From: a virus
Virus record (IMG/VR): IMGVR_UViG_3300012964_000002
Coordinates: 1 to 64,000 of that record
Strand: one strand, 5' to 3'
Length of the DNA stretch: 64,000 bases
Positions 55,403 to 64,000 of the stretch are shown piece after piece. Within the stretch, counting starts at the first letter, position 1. Each line of letters begins with the position of its first letter. The notes under the pieces were generated by a model. It worked only from the letters and a program-made list of their open reading frames with translations. It was not told where the DNA came from and made no database searches. Position numbers and translations under genes: made by a program.

Positions 55403-55659
55403 CGCGCACCGCGTTTCCCAACAGGGACGCGATCCCCACGGTCATCCATCGGCCGCCCTACGGCCAGGGCTGGGGCAGGGAGGCGGAGGTCTACCTCGCG
55501 CACCCGACCGTCACGCCGGACGACGTCGCCCGCCTGCTCCACACCGGCAAGCTCCTCGTCTGGCGGGAGGAGCCCGCCGGCGTGATCTGGGTTCGCGCCT
55601 CCGTGTCCTGGGAAGAGGTCGAGGCAGAGCTCGCGCGCTCTCCGGGGCGCGCGCCGTGA
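55399..55659 (+). CDS. hypothetical protein
   Basis: Coupled to portal. Confidence 0.5.
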   Translation: MTRTAFPNRDAIPTVIHRPPYGQGWGREAEVYLAHPTVTPDDVARLLHTGKLLVWREEPAGVIWVRASVSWEEVEAELARSPGRAP

Positions 55660-55880
55660 CGGATCCGACCGCCGGGTGGCTCACGGCGGCGGAGGCCGCG
55701 GCCGCGTTCCCCGGGCTGACCCCGGAGCGGCTCGCCGCCTTCGCCGCGCTCGGGGCGCTCCGGCAGAAGCTGCTGCACCTCGAGCCCGGGCGCCCGACCG
55801 TGCCGCTCTACGACCGGGACGAGCTCGAGGTGCTGGCGGCGGCGGACGCCGCCTCGCTCCTCGCGGGCCCGCGCGCCTGA
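55656..55880 (+). CDS. MerR/Xis-like wHTH, dispersed family member
   Basis: WLTAAEAAAAFPGLT...LYDRDELEVLAAADAASLL. Confidence 0.65.
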   Translation: MTDPTAGWLTAAEAAAAFPGLTPERLAAFAALGALRQKLLHLEPGRPTVPLYDRDELEVLAAADAASLLAGPRA

Positions 55881-55886
55881 CCCGGC

Positions 55887-55915
55887 TTGCCGGTCCCCGC
55901 GCGGGCTGGTACTGA
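55887..55915 (+). promoter_or_regulatory. putative sigma70-type promoter
   Basis: TTGCCG-N17-TACTGA with TG extended -10. Confidence 0.4.
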
Positions 55916-55947
55916 TCTTGTTCCGAACCCAACGGAGGAACACGCAC

Positions 55948-56310
55948 ATGATCAAGAGGATCCTGCTCGCGGCCGCGTCCTTGCTTCTTCTCGTCGGGAT
56001 CGTTCTCGCCGCGGACCCGTCGCAGTTCGCGTACCCGATCCAGGGGCCGCCCGTCGCGGGCGTCTCCGTCTCGGTCGTGAGCGCGAGCACGCCCACGCTC
56101 TCGGGCGGAACGTGCTACCGCGTCGCCTGCACCACCACGGTCTTCTGGCGCGTCGGGACCCTGCCGCTCACCGCGCTCATCACCGACAACCCGATGTTCG
56201 GGCCCGCCGTCGAGCTGATCTGCCTGCGCAACGGGTACAACGGCGTCGCCTTCATCACCGCCGCCGGCACCGGCACCTGCACGCTCAACTCCTACGCCCC
56301 GTCGCCGTAG
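55948..56310 (+). CDS. exported beta-rich protein
   Basis: Sec signal MIKRILLAAASLLLLVGIVLA; GGAGG RBS; four Cys. Confidence 0.75.
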   Translation: MIKRILLAAASLLLLVGIVLAADPSQFAYPIQGPPVAGVSVSVVSASTPTLSGGTCYRVACTTTVFWRVGTLPLTALITDNPMFGPAVELICLRNGYNGVAFITAAGTGTCTLNSYAPSP

Positions 56311-56337
56311 GCTCGCCGTCCGGGAGGAGGTTCCATC

Positions 56338-58317
56338 ATGCGCGCGAAGCTTCTGCTTCTCGTCACCCTGCTCGTCCCGGCTCTCGTCTCGGCGCGCGCG
56401 TACCACGCGCTCCAGCCGCAGCCTGCCAGCCAGCTCCGCGGTTCCGCGTCGCTCGGCGGTGACACGCCCGTCGTCGTCAGTCTGCCGTTCTCCACGACGG
56501 GACGGATCCCCGACGACGCGAACGTTGTTTCACACGTCATCTTCGATGGAGCCAAGCTCGTCCCCATCATCGGTCCCGACTGGACGCAGAACGGCACCGT
56601 GCCGCAGAACGTCGCGTCGCCGTTCTACCCGAGCGGCTTCTCCGGAGCGCAGCAAAAGGGATCTGGTCCATATTCGACGCTCAACTACTACTCGATTCCG
56701 GCGACGAACCCGTTGCAGTTCACGGGCGACTACTCCTGCCACGCGGTGGTGATCCCGGCCACATTCGCCGCCGCGCCCACCATCGCCGCGAACTCGAACG
56801 CGACGCCCAACCTCGGGTGGATCGCGCAGTTCAGCGGGACGGGCGCGGCCAGGATCTGGAGCAACGGAGTTTTCACCGACACCGCCAACTCCGCGGTCGC
56901 GAATGCTCCGGCGGTCGTGTCGTGGGGCCGTTCCGGCACTTCGCACTTCATCAAGCTGAACCTCGGGACGACGGCGACGGCAGTCACGCCGATCACGGCG
57001 GCCGTCGCGAACCCCGCGACCATCGGTGTCTTCGGCGGGATCGGTGCGCCCTTCACCGGAACGATTGTGGAGGTGGCGTGCTCTACCACGCCGTTCGTGG
57101 AAGTGACCGCGGGGACGGTTCAGCAGCGCGTCTTCGGCATGCTCGCGACGAGCGGCGCGTCGATCTCCGTCGCGCGCGCCATGACGGGCACGTACACGAC
57201 GCCGGACGGGAACCTCTGGACCGCTCCTGCGGGCATCCTGCGCGTCGGTTGTGAGGACACCGCGGTGACGAAGTGCGGTGGGCTCGGAGAGCCCACGAGA
57301 ACGAACCTTGCGCTTCAGTCCGAGGCGCTAGACAACGTCGCGTGGACGACGTCCGGAACTTGCACCGTCACGGCGAATCAAGGAACGATTCCGGGCTGGA
57401 CTCCGGGCACGCTGGACAAGGTGCAGTGCACCGGGGCCGCGACGGACATTCGCTTTCAGACGGTGACGGTCGCGTCTTCCACCGGTCCGTTCACGTTCTC
57501 GTCGTGGGTGGCGGCCGACGCCGGGTCCAAGGTCGAGTCGATCAGGATGGGGGGGCTCACGGGAGGTGCCACTGGCTGTTCCTGCGCTCGCTCCGACGGT
57601 GGGGTCTGCACGACGGCCACGGCCACGACGGACGGATGGGCCTACGGAACGTTCGGCACGACGCCTGCGCGTTTGATGCTCACCTGCTCCTCGACGGCGG
57701 CGACGGTTTCTGTCACGCCGTCCGTTCACGACGGGCAGTTCACTGTTACGTTCAACGTCGGAGGAATCTTCGGAGGCGCGCAGTTCGAGGTTGGTTCCTA
57801 CGCCACGAGCTACGTCCCGACGACGACCGTCGCCGTCGCGCGCAACGCCGATGGTGTGACGGTCGCGAACCCCGCTACGGTACAAAGCGCCTTGTGCGGG
57901 GACGGCACGTTCACGCCAGAGAACGGTGGATCGTGGATTGTACTTCCTAGCGGAGATCACTGGCCTTGGATGATCGGAACGTATGGCGTGACTGGTGGTT
58001 CTGGTCTTTCGGCCTCTAGTTCGGGAAGCATTTTCGCAGCGGGGACAAACGCACCAAACAGTGTGTTTTTCTCTTCTGTGGTTACACCGTTCGCGGCGGG
58101 GACGCCGCACAGGATCGCGGCTGGTTTCGCGGTCGGTGCAGCACCGACCTTGGCATTCGACGGTGTGAGTCAGACGGTGCTTCCTGGAGGTTCAGTGCCA
58201 GAGGTCTCGCCGCCGTCTGGCACCATCACGCTCGGCGCGAGTGGCGCAGGCGCCAACGTGGGGAACTTCCCCGGGTACATCCGGAACCTCAAGATCCTGC
58301 GGAGCGTTTGCCGGTGA
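56338..58317 (+). CDS. signal-peptide-bearing LamG/lectin- and phage fiber-like protein
   Basis: MRAKLLLLVTLLVPALVSA signal; EPTRTNLALQSE..W and GAQFEVGSYATSYVPT...VARNAD motifs of phage spike/fiber proteins; Thr/Gly-rich. Confidence 0.7.
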   Translation: MRAKLLLLVTLLVPALVSARAYHALQPQPASQLRGSASLGGDTPVVVSLPFSTTGRIPDDANVVSHVIFDGAKLVPIIGPDWTQNGTVPQNVASPFYPSGFSGAQQKGSGPYSTLNYYSIPATNPLQFTGDYSCHAVVIPATFAAAPTIAANSNATPNLGWIAQFSGTGAARIWSNGVFTDTANSAVANAPAVVSWGRSGTSHFIKLNLGTTATAVTPITAAVANPATIGVFGGIGAPFTGTIVEVACSTTPFVEVTAGTVQQRVFGMLATSGASISVARAMTGTYTTPDGNLWTAPAGILRVGCEDTAVTKCGGLGEPTRTNLALQSEALDNVAWTTSGTCTVTANQGTIPGWTPGTLDKVQCTGAATDIRFQTVTVASSTGPFTFSSWVAADAGSKVESIRMGGLTGGATGCSCARSDGGVCTTATATTDGWAYGTFGTTPARLMLTCSSTAATVSVTPSVHDGQFTVTFNVGGIFGGAQFEVGSYATSYVPTTTVAVARNADGVTVANPATVQSALCGDGTFTPENGGSWIVLPSGDHWPWMIGTYGVTGGSGLSASSSGSIFAAGTNAPNSVFFSSVVTPFAAGTPHRIAAGFAVGAAPTLAFDGVSQTVLPGGSVPEVSPPSGTITLGASGAGANVGNFPGYIRNLKILRSVCR

Positions 58318-58706
58318 GGTTCCTGATCGTCATCCTGGCGCTCGCCGCCTGCGCGCCCTGCCCTTCCCAGGGGGCGGGCCCGGTCACCCACGTCGGCGCG
58401 CCTCCGCCCGGCGCCGACGTGGTGGTCGCGGTCGCGCGCGAGCGATGCGCCTTCTCCGGCACGGTGACGTGGCAGGCCGGCCTCTTCGTCTGCGACTACT
58501 CGGGCATTCCCTACTGCTCCGGATGGCAGCGCGCGTACCCAGCTTGCGCGCCGCTCGACGCCTGGGTGGCCTACGCCGAGCCCGTCACGAGAAGCGCGCT
58601 CGCGTGGGAGGTCGGGAATTACTGCCTCGACAACGAGGATGGCCCACGGGTGGCGGAGTGGTCCGAGGCGGTCAACGCGGAAGCGTCGAGGAGGATGGCC
58701 CCGTGA
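58314..58706 (+). CDS. lipoprotein
   Basis: RFLIVILALAAC lipobox. Confidence 0.7.
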   Translation: MRFLIVILALAACAPCPSQGAGPVTHVGAPPPGADVVVAVARERCAFSGTVTWQAGLFVCDYSGIPYCSGWQRAYPACAPLDAWVAYAEPVTRSALAWEVGNYCLDNEDGPRVAEWSEAVNAEASRRMAP

Positions 58707-59161
58707 TCTTCGCGGTGGACTTCGACGGCACGATCGTCTCGATGGACCGCCGCTACGACGACGTGACGTCCCCGCTCCGCTTCCTCCCCGGGGCGAGGGC
58801 GGGCCTCCTCGCGCTCCGGCGCGCCGGGCACCACCTGCTGCTCTGGTCCGCCCGGGCCTCGCCGGCCCTCCTCGACTCCCCGGAGCTCGACCCGCTCGTG
58901 CGCGCCGGCGTGACTTCGCGCGGCGCCTGGGAGAAGATGCTGGCTGTGAACCGCGCCCGCCACCGTCAGATGCTCGAGTTCGTGGAGCGGGAGCTGCCTG
59001 GCGTCTTCGCCGCGGTCGACGACGGGCGCGGCGGGAAGCCGGTGAACGTGGACGTGTTCCTGGACGACAGGGCGGTTCGTCTCGGGCGCGGGGCCGGCGC
59101 CTTCTCCTGGCGCGAGGTCGCGCGAAGCTGGGGAGAGCCGGCGCAGAGGAGGAGCGCATGA
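58703..59161 (+). CDS. HAD-superfamily phosphatase (capless)
   Basis: AVDFDGTI, WSAR, KP...DVFLDDRA. Confidence 0.85.
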   Translation: MIFAVDFDGTIVSMDRRYDDVTSPLRFLPGARAGLLALRRAGHHLLLWSARASPALLDSPELDPLVRAGVTSRGAWEKMLAVNRARHRQMLEFVERELPGVFAAVDDGRGGKPVNVDVFLDDRAVRLGRGAGAFSWREVARSWGEPAQRRSA

Positions 59162-59367
59162 CGACGATGAACGTGCACAAGGTCCCGGCGAAGCAGTGGC
59201 GTCGCTGGGGAGATCGCGCGCGGCGGGTCTTCAACGCCGTGTACTCCAGCATGTCGGACCAGCAGCTGTTCGCCCACCCGAAGGCGGAGAAGATCAGGCC
59301 CGCGTTCTGGAAGACGACGCGCTGGAACGCGGCGTGGATCGCCGCGGACGCGGCGGAAGGCGCGTGA
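59158..59367 (+). CDS. small phage protein
   Basis: GAGGAGGAG RBS, ATGA overlap. Confidence 0.6.
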   Translation: MTTMNVHKVPAKQWRRWGDRARRVFNAVYSSMSDQQLFAHPKAEKIRPAFWKTTRWNAAWIAADAAEGA

Positions 59368-59527
59368 CGGGCGCCCGCCGCTCTCGCGCGCGCCCGCCCC
59401 GGAGGCGCTGGCTCGCCTGGCGCGAGGCGGCCGCGCCGCGCCCGGGGAGCCCCGCCGAGATGGAGAAGTTCAAGCGGTACAGGCGGATGTCCGGAACCGG
59501 AATCTCGTTCGGCTTCTGGTGGGAGCC

Positions 59528-59929
59528 GTGAGGGTGACGATGAGCGACGGCAAGATCATCCACGTCAAGAAGTTCGCGGGCGGGCGGGAGACGCCGCAGG
59601 AGATGCACGCGCGCGTCGCGTGGGCGGGGCGGCGCTGCGCCGCCTGCAAGGGGCCGCCGGCCATCCGCATCAAGGTCTTCGCGCCCGTCGCCGAGCTCGT
59701 GCAGCGAAGCCCCCAGCTGATGGGCGTGCTCGCCGCGCGGGCCGGCGGGAACCTTCCGGTCGTCCCGACGACGGCCGGGAACATGCTCAAGACCTCCGAT
59801 CTCTGCTTCTGCGCGCTCTGCGCGCCGACGGCGGAGCGCGTTGCCGCGAAGGGTCCGAGCTGGGCCATCGTCGAGATCGACCGCGGGCCCGACCCCACGA
59901 ACCGGGTCGCGACCGGGTACAGGGGCTGA
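59528..59929 (+). CDS. zinc-binding hypothetical protein
   Basis: CAAC...CALC. Confidence 0.6.
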   Translation: MRVTMSDGKIIHVKKFAGGRETPQEMHARVAWAGRRCAACKGPPAIRIKVFAPVAELVQRSPQLMGVLAARAGGNLPVVPTTAGNMLKTSDLCFCALCAPTAERVAAKGPSWAIVEIDRGPDPTNRVATGYRG

Positions 59930-59931
59930 GC

Positions 59932-60387
59932 GTGGGCGAGGCCGCCGTCAGGTACGAGAAGGCCCGGCGGCGCGCCGGGGACGGAGAGAAGCGTCCGAAG
60001 CGTTCTCCCGCGGACCGCAAGGCGCTCGACACCATGCGGCGGGAGGCGGACGAGCACGGCGTGGAGCTCGAGAACGACGGCGAGGGCGGGCTCCCTTCCT
60101 CGCTCGTGCTCGAGGTGATGCGGCGTGACAAGTACCGCTGCAAGCGGCACGGCGGGCGCGACAAGCCGATCACCGTCCACCACAAGGGCGGAATCGTCGA
60201 GTCGGAGTGGCTCTCGAAGAAGGGGCACAAGAACGAGGCGAACAACCTCGTCACCCTCTGCGCGGACTGCCACGACGACGTGCACGACGAGGCGCGCGAG
60301 GACGGGGTGGACTCCTCGCAGAAGACGGCGAAGGGCGACCGGGGCGATCCGAAGCACGACCCGGGCGCGCGGAAGGGAAAGGACTGA
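59932..60387 (+). CDS. HNH endonuclease (possibly packaging-associated)
   Basis: RRDKYRC...VHH...NLVTLCADCHDDVH. Confidence 0.85.
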   Translation: MGEAAVRYEKARRRAGDGEKRPKRSPADRKALDTMRREADEHGVELENDGEGGLPSSLVLEVMRRDKYRCKRHGGRDKPITVHHKGGIVESEWLSKKGHKNEANNLVTLCADCHDDVHDEAREDGVDSSQKTAKGDRGDPKHDPGARKGKD

Positions 60388-60391
60388 GGTC

Positions 60392-60913
60392 ATGGCCGAC
60401 GCGAGGAAGCTGAAGGCGATGCTCGACACGATGAACCCGGTGCCCGGCGGAAGCGCCGACTACGGCGGCGCGGTGCTCGACCTCATGCACGAGGCCCGGG
60501 AGGAGGAGCACGGGGGCGAGGGGGCCGTGCCCGACGAGACGTCCGAGGAGGCGATCATCGTCCGGAAGATCGGCGTCGGGTACATGGAGATCGACGCCGA
60601 CGCGGGCGGGTTCTCCTGCGGGACCTGCCGCTATGTCGCGCCCGGTCCGAGCGAGGACGAGGGCAGCTGCATGCACATCCAGGTGCGCGCGCCCGTCTCC
60701 GCGACCCACGGCTGCTGCAACCTCTTCTGGCCGGACGAGGGCGAGGTCGTCTTCCCGGTCGGCGCGCTCGACCCCGACGGAGAGCCCCGGGAGCCTCGCG
60801 GCGAGCCCGGGGAGGGCGGGGAAGGGCGGGAGGGTCCGGAGGGGGGCGGGGACGCGGACGACGGCGGAGGGGGCGGCCCCGACGAGGACGATGGCGGCGG
60901 CAACCCGTACTAG
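60392..60913 (+). CDS. Cys-cluster protein with acidic Gly-rich tail
   Basis: CGTCRY...C...GCCNLF. Confidence 0.6.
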   Translation: MADARKLKAMLDTMNPVPGGSADYGGAVLDLMHEAREEEHGGEGAVPDETSEEAIIVRKIGVGYMEIDADAGGFSCGTCRYVAPGPSEDEGSCMHIQVRAPVSATHGCCNLFWPDEGEVVFPVGALDPDGEPREPRGEPGEGGEGREGPEGGGDADDGGGGGPDEDDGGGNPY

Positions 60914-60916
60914 GAC

Positions 60917-61873
60917 GTGCCCGCGGCGCGCAAGAGCCTGGTTCCGTTCTACGAGGCGCTGGCCGAGCACCGGCGGCGCCTCGCGCGCGTGGCGGACCGC
61001 CGCGCCCTCCCCCGCCTGAAGCGCCTCTACGACGAGGCCCACGACGCCCTGGCGCGCGCGCTCCGCACGCGGCTCCGCGCCGGCCTGGGGGACACGTTCA
61101 CGACCCACCAGCAGCGCATCGTCCTGGCGCAGCTCCGCCTCGGGCAGCGGGGTCTCGCCGCCGGGATGGCCGGCGAGCTCGCGGACGTGACCTCGGAGGC
61201 GAGCGTCGACTCGGTCCGCGCGCTCGCGCGCGGCATCGCCAGGCTCGAGAAGCACTTCACGGGCGCCGAGGTGACGGTTCCCATCGACTCGGCCTGGAAG
61301 CTGCGCGAGCTGGTCACGAAGCGGCGCGCCTCGCTCGACACGATGCACCGGAGGAGCATGGCGCGCTGGGGCGCGCGCCTCTTCACCAAGGTCCACGAGC
61401 AGACCTCGCTCGCCCTGGCGATGGAGAAGACGACGGCGCAGGCCATCGAGATGATCCCCGAGGCGGCCGCGGCGGAGTGGTGGCAGGGCGAGCGCATCGT
61501 TCGGACCGAGACCTCCTGGGCCATCAACTCCACGAACGCGGACGGCATCAAGGAGGCGGCGGACGTCCTGCCGGACATCAAGAAGCGCTGGTCGGAGCAC
61601 GTGGACGACGACACCCTCCAGCCCCTGGACGACCGCGTGGCGCCCGACTCGCTCGCCATGCACGGGCAGGTCGTGGACGCAGACGGCGAGTTCCGGTTCC
61701 CCGACGCGGACCCGGGCGAGGTCGGCGAGAAGGAGGCGGCGCGGCTCTCCGCGGCCGGACCGTGGTTCGCGCCGCCCAACCGCCCGAACGACCGCGCGAC
61801 CATCCAGCCGTGGCGGCGGGAGTGGGGAATCTCCGCCTGGATCTGGGACGGCGGCCGGAAGGTGTGGCTGTGA
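60917..61873 (+). CDS. minor head/head morphogenesis protein (Mu gpF/SPP1 gp7-like)
   Basis: ERIVRTET...N, KKRW, DDRV..DS..MHGQ, PPNRPNDR. Confidence 0.8.
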   Translation: MPAARKSLVPFYEALAEHRRRLARVADRRALPRLKRLYDEAHDALARALRTRLRAGLGDTFTTHQQRIVLAQLRLGQRGLAAGMAGELADVTSEASVDSVRALARGIARLEKHFTGAEVTVPIDSAWKLRELVTKRRASLDTMHRRSMARWGARLFTKVHEQTSLALAMEKTTAQAIEMIPEAAAAEWWQGERIVRTETSWAINSTNADGIKEAADVLPDIKKRWSEHVDDDTLQPLDDRVAPDSLAMHGQVVDADGEFRFPDADPGEVGEKEAARLSAAGPWFAPPNRPNDRATIQPWRREWGISAWIWDGGRKVWL

Positions 61874-62157
61874 GGCGCCGCGGCCCGCTGACGGAGATCC
61901 CGGAGCTCGACGCGCGGGCGGCGCCGGAGCGCCTCGAGGCGGCGTTTCGCGTCGGGGACCTCGCCGCCGTCAGGACGCACCGGAACGTCCACTGCCCGCT
62001 CTACGACCGATGTCTCGACCACGTCGTCGCCGCCGACTGGACGAACTTCTCCTGCCGGAGCTGCGCGCTGTTCACCTTCTTGCCGGCAGGCGACGCGCGC
62101 GGTAGCCTCGACGCACCTCAGGAGGTCACATGTCTCGCATCCCCCCGAAGAAGCTGA
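61870..62157 (+). CDS. Cys-rich hypothetical protein
   Basis: CPLYDRCL...FSCRSC. Confidence 0.55.
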   Translation: MRRRGPLTEIPELDARAAPERLEAAFRVGDLAAVRTHRNVHCPLYDRCLDHVVAADWTNFSCRSCALFTFLPAGDARGSLDAPQEVTCLASPRRS

Positions 62158-62618
62158 AGGCGTTCGCCGAGCAGGGCAAGAAGGGCAAGAAGGGCAAGCG
62201 CCCGGACGAGGAGGACGAGCGCGAGGAGGACGAGGACGACGAGGAGCGTGAGGAGCGCGACGAGAAGGGCGAGGACGAGGGCGGCGGGGAGGACGGCGCG
62301 GAGGAGGACGAGACCGACGACGAGGACGAGGAGGAGGACGAGGACGACGCGGCCGTCGCGAAGTTCGTCCACGAGGAGGGGAAGCGGGTCAACGACGGGA
62401 AGCACGACGGTCAGCTCAAGAAGCTGATGGCCGGGTTCGACCCCGAGGAGAACCCGCCCGCCTGGGTCGGCGACGAGGCGAAGTGGGATCGCGCGAAGGA
62501 GGCGGTCGACCCCGAGGGCGACGGCGAGGAGAAGTACGACGACCCCTGGGCCGTCGTCGCGCACGTCTACAAGCGGATGGGCGGGAAGATCAAGGGCGGC
62601 GGGAAGGGGAAGGGGTAG
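62130..62618 (+). CDS. highly acidic protein with basic termini
   Basis: AGGAGG RBS; long Asp/Glu tract; WDRAKEAV...WAVVAHVYKRMGG. Confidence 0.7.
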   Translation: MSRIPPKKLKAFAEQGKKGKKGKRPDEEDEREEDEDDEEREERDEKGEDEGGGEDGAEEDETDDEDEEEDEDDAAVAKFVHEEGKRVNDGKHDGQLKKLMAGFDPEENPPAWVGDEAKWDRAKEAVDPEGDGEEKYDDPWAVVAHVYKRMGGKIKGGGKGKG

Positions 62619-62621
62619 GTC

Positions 62622-63011
62622 ATGGCCGGCCGACGCTACGATCCTCCCGGAAGCTCCTTCCGCCCGTTCGGCGGGACCCCGCGGGTGAAGATGCCGGAGT
62701 CGGGTCCGCGCATCTACGAGGCGAGGCAGCAGAGCGCTCGCGCGCAGTCGCGCACGTCGCACGTCTCCGGCGGCATGTTCAAGCCGCCGGGGGAGAGCCA
62801 TCACCATCCCGACTCGCAGGTCGCGAGCATGCACGAGGCGAGCACGCACATGGCCGCGTCAGCGAGCCGCGCCGCGCGGGAGGGGTTCCCGAAGCTGGCC
62901 AGCGCGATGGCCGCGAAGTCGCGCGAGTACGGACGCGCGGCCCAGCAGCAGTCCGGTCCCCGTGGTGGCAGGTACGTGCTTCTGCCCGGCGGAGGCAAGA
63001 AGTACCTCTGA
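62622..63011 (+). CDS. hypothetical protein, possibly virion-associated
   Basis: C-terminal GPRGGRY...GGKKY motif. Confidence 0.6.
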   Translation: MAGRRYDPPGSSFRPFGGTPRVKMPESGPRIYEARQQSARAQSRTSHVSGGMFKPPGESHHHPDSQVASMHEASTHMAASASRAAREGFPKLASAMAAKSREYGRAAQQQSGPRGGRYVLLPGGGKKYL

Positions 63012-63031
63012 CCCCCTCCTCCAGCCGAATC

Positions 63032-63060
63032 TTGCGCGCGCGCGCGTCTCCGCGTAGTCT
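63032..63060 (+). promoter_or_regulatory. putative sigma70-type promoter
   Basis: TTGCGC-N17-TAGTCT in intergenic gap. Confidence 0.45.
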
Positions 63061-63081
63061 TCCCTGGCAGAGAGGCGCGCG

Positions 63082-63321
63082 ATGGCCACCAAGCAGCTCT
63101 GGAACACCAGCATCCCCCACGACGAGCCGGTCCTCATCCGGCCCGGCGTGACGCACCGCGAGGCGGACTTCCACGGCAGCATGAAGCAGATCGCGCTCGA
63201 GCCGGAGCACCCGGAGCGCGCGGCCAAGGGTGACGTCGGGTTCGCCAGCATGAAGCCCTCCGACTACTCGTTCGAGTCCGAGGCGCCGTTCCCCTTCGCC
63301 AACCTCAAGAAGCAGCGGTAG
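63082..63321 (+). CDS. microprotein with C-terminal PF motif
   Basis: Ends EAPFPFANLKKQR. Confidence 0.6.
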   Translation: MATKQLWNTSIPHDEPVLIRPGVTHREADFHGSMKQIALEPEHPERAAKGDVGFASMKPSDYSFESEAPFPFANLKKQR

Positions 63322-63330
63322 GAGGAGCTC

Positions 63331-63555
63331 ATGCACAAGGCCACCCCCGGCGTCCACCGCTCCCTCCGCCAGATCGCGGAGAAGCACGTTCAGCCGTCGA
63401 ACGTCCAGCCGCTCGAGGGGTACGACGTCGCGGCCGGCGTCCCGACCCCCGTCGCCGGTGGCACGTACAGCACCGCGGTCGCCGACCAGGCGCACGCGCG
63501 CAACGGCGCCCCCGCCCCCGCCACGAAGTCGCCGTTCAAGCTCGGAGGGAAGTGA
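63331..63555 (+). CDS. microprotein with C-terminal PF motif
   Basis: AGGAGGAG RBS; ends KSPFKLGGK. Confidence 0.65.
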   Translation: MHKATPGVHRSLRQIAEKHVQPSNVQPLEGYDVAAGVPTPVAGGTYSTAVADQAHARNGAPAPATKSPFKLGGK

Positions 63556-63558
63556 GCC

Positions 63559-63732
63559 ATGCCGGACCAGCCCAACTGGAAGGAGCTCGGCCAGAAGGCC
63601 GGGCAGGGCCCGCAGAAGGACGTCACGCAGGTGTACGACGACAGGTACGGCCGGTACCAGGACCGCGCCGAGCACGAGAAGGGCACGAAGCCGCCCCCGG
63701 AGACGATCCCCCACCCCTTCGCCGCGAAGTAG
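63559..63732 (+). CDS. microprotein with C-terminal PF motif (not in ORF track, 57 aa)
   Basis: GGAGG RBS; MPDQPNWKELG...IPHPFAAK. Confidence 0.6.
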   Translation: MPDQPNWKELGQKAGQGPQKDVTQVYDDRYGRYQDRAEHEKGTKPPPETIPHPFAAK

Positions 63733-63760
63733 GCGAGCGAAGAGATCGAGGAGAAGCAAG

Positions 63761-63973
63761 ATGAGCACGAAGAACAGCGAGCTCGCCTCCGGCGTCGGCG
63801 AGGGCAGCACCCCGGACGTCGTGACCAAGTACGACCGCGAGAACGGCTCGTACAAGGACGAGGTCGTGGCGATCCCGGAGGAGCAGCGGCTCCCGACGGT
63901 GAACATGCCGAAGGCGCCGGACCCCTCGCCCTTCACCCTCGGCTCGATGACCCCGGGCGGCCGCTCCGAGTAG
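63761..63973 (+). CDS. microprotein with C-terminal PF motif
   Basis: GAGGAG RBS; ends PDPSPFTLGSMTPGGRSE. Confidence 0.65.
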   Translation: MSTKNSELASGVGEGSTPDVVTKYDRENGSYKDEVVAIPEEQRLPTVNMPKAPDPSPFTLGSMTPGGRSE

Positions 63974-64000
63974 CGCGTGAGCGACGCGTTCACGCTTCAG

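Noticed and set aside
1-64000. tRNA/rRNA genes, major capsid, tail and lysis genes, alternative genetic code
   Set aside because: None recognised by eye; genes read through normally under the standard code, and structural genes probably lie beyond the right edge

Overview
This window looks like a 64-kb slice of a large, very GC-rich tailed dsDNA phage or prophage genome. No host housekeeping operon, rRNA, tRNA, integrase or CRISPR array was seen. A leftward block (1-7.2 kb: Holliday junction resolvase, DUF2325-like, metallopeptidase-VWA plus MoxR ATPase, small ORFs) diverges from a repeat-containing control region (7.2-7.45 kb). One long, tightly coupled rightward block follows. Replication and recombination genes: sigma factor, SF2 helicase, wHTH initiator with internal repeats, DnaB, primase, HerA-like ATPase, UDG-PolA fusion, UvsY-like, gp32-like SSB, RecA, SbcCD, and four ParB-like proteins. 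DNA modification genes: a C5 methyltransferase, plus a cluster of ParB, two GREB1/TET-associated-type glycosyltransferases, a UDG-fold protein and an N6/N4 methyltransferase. An HNH endonuclease is followed by a tandem array of about 10 diverged Xis/MerR-like paralogs. The head module has begun (TerS-like, TerL, portal, gpF-like) but is interrupted by many small ORFs and a cassette of exported proteins. The most unusual signals are the hypervariable wHTH paralog array, free-standing PolA motif fragments in two small genes, signal-peptide-bearing fiber-like proteins, and a run of microproteins sharing a C-terminal Pro-Phe motif. All calls come from reading motifs by eye; no database search was run, and many start codons were re-chosen from RBS or stop-start overlaps.
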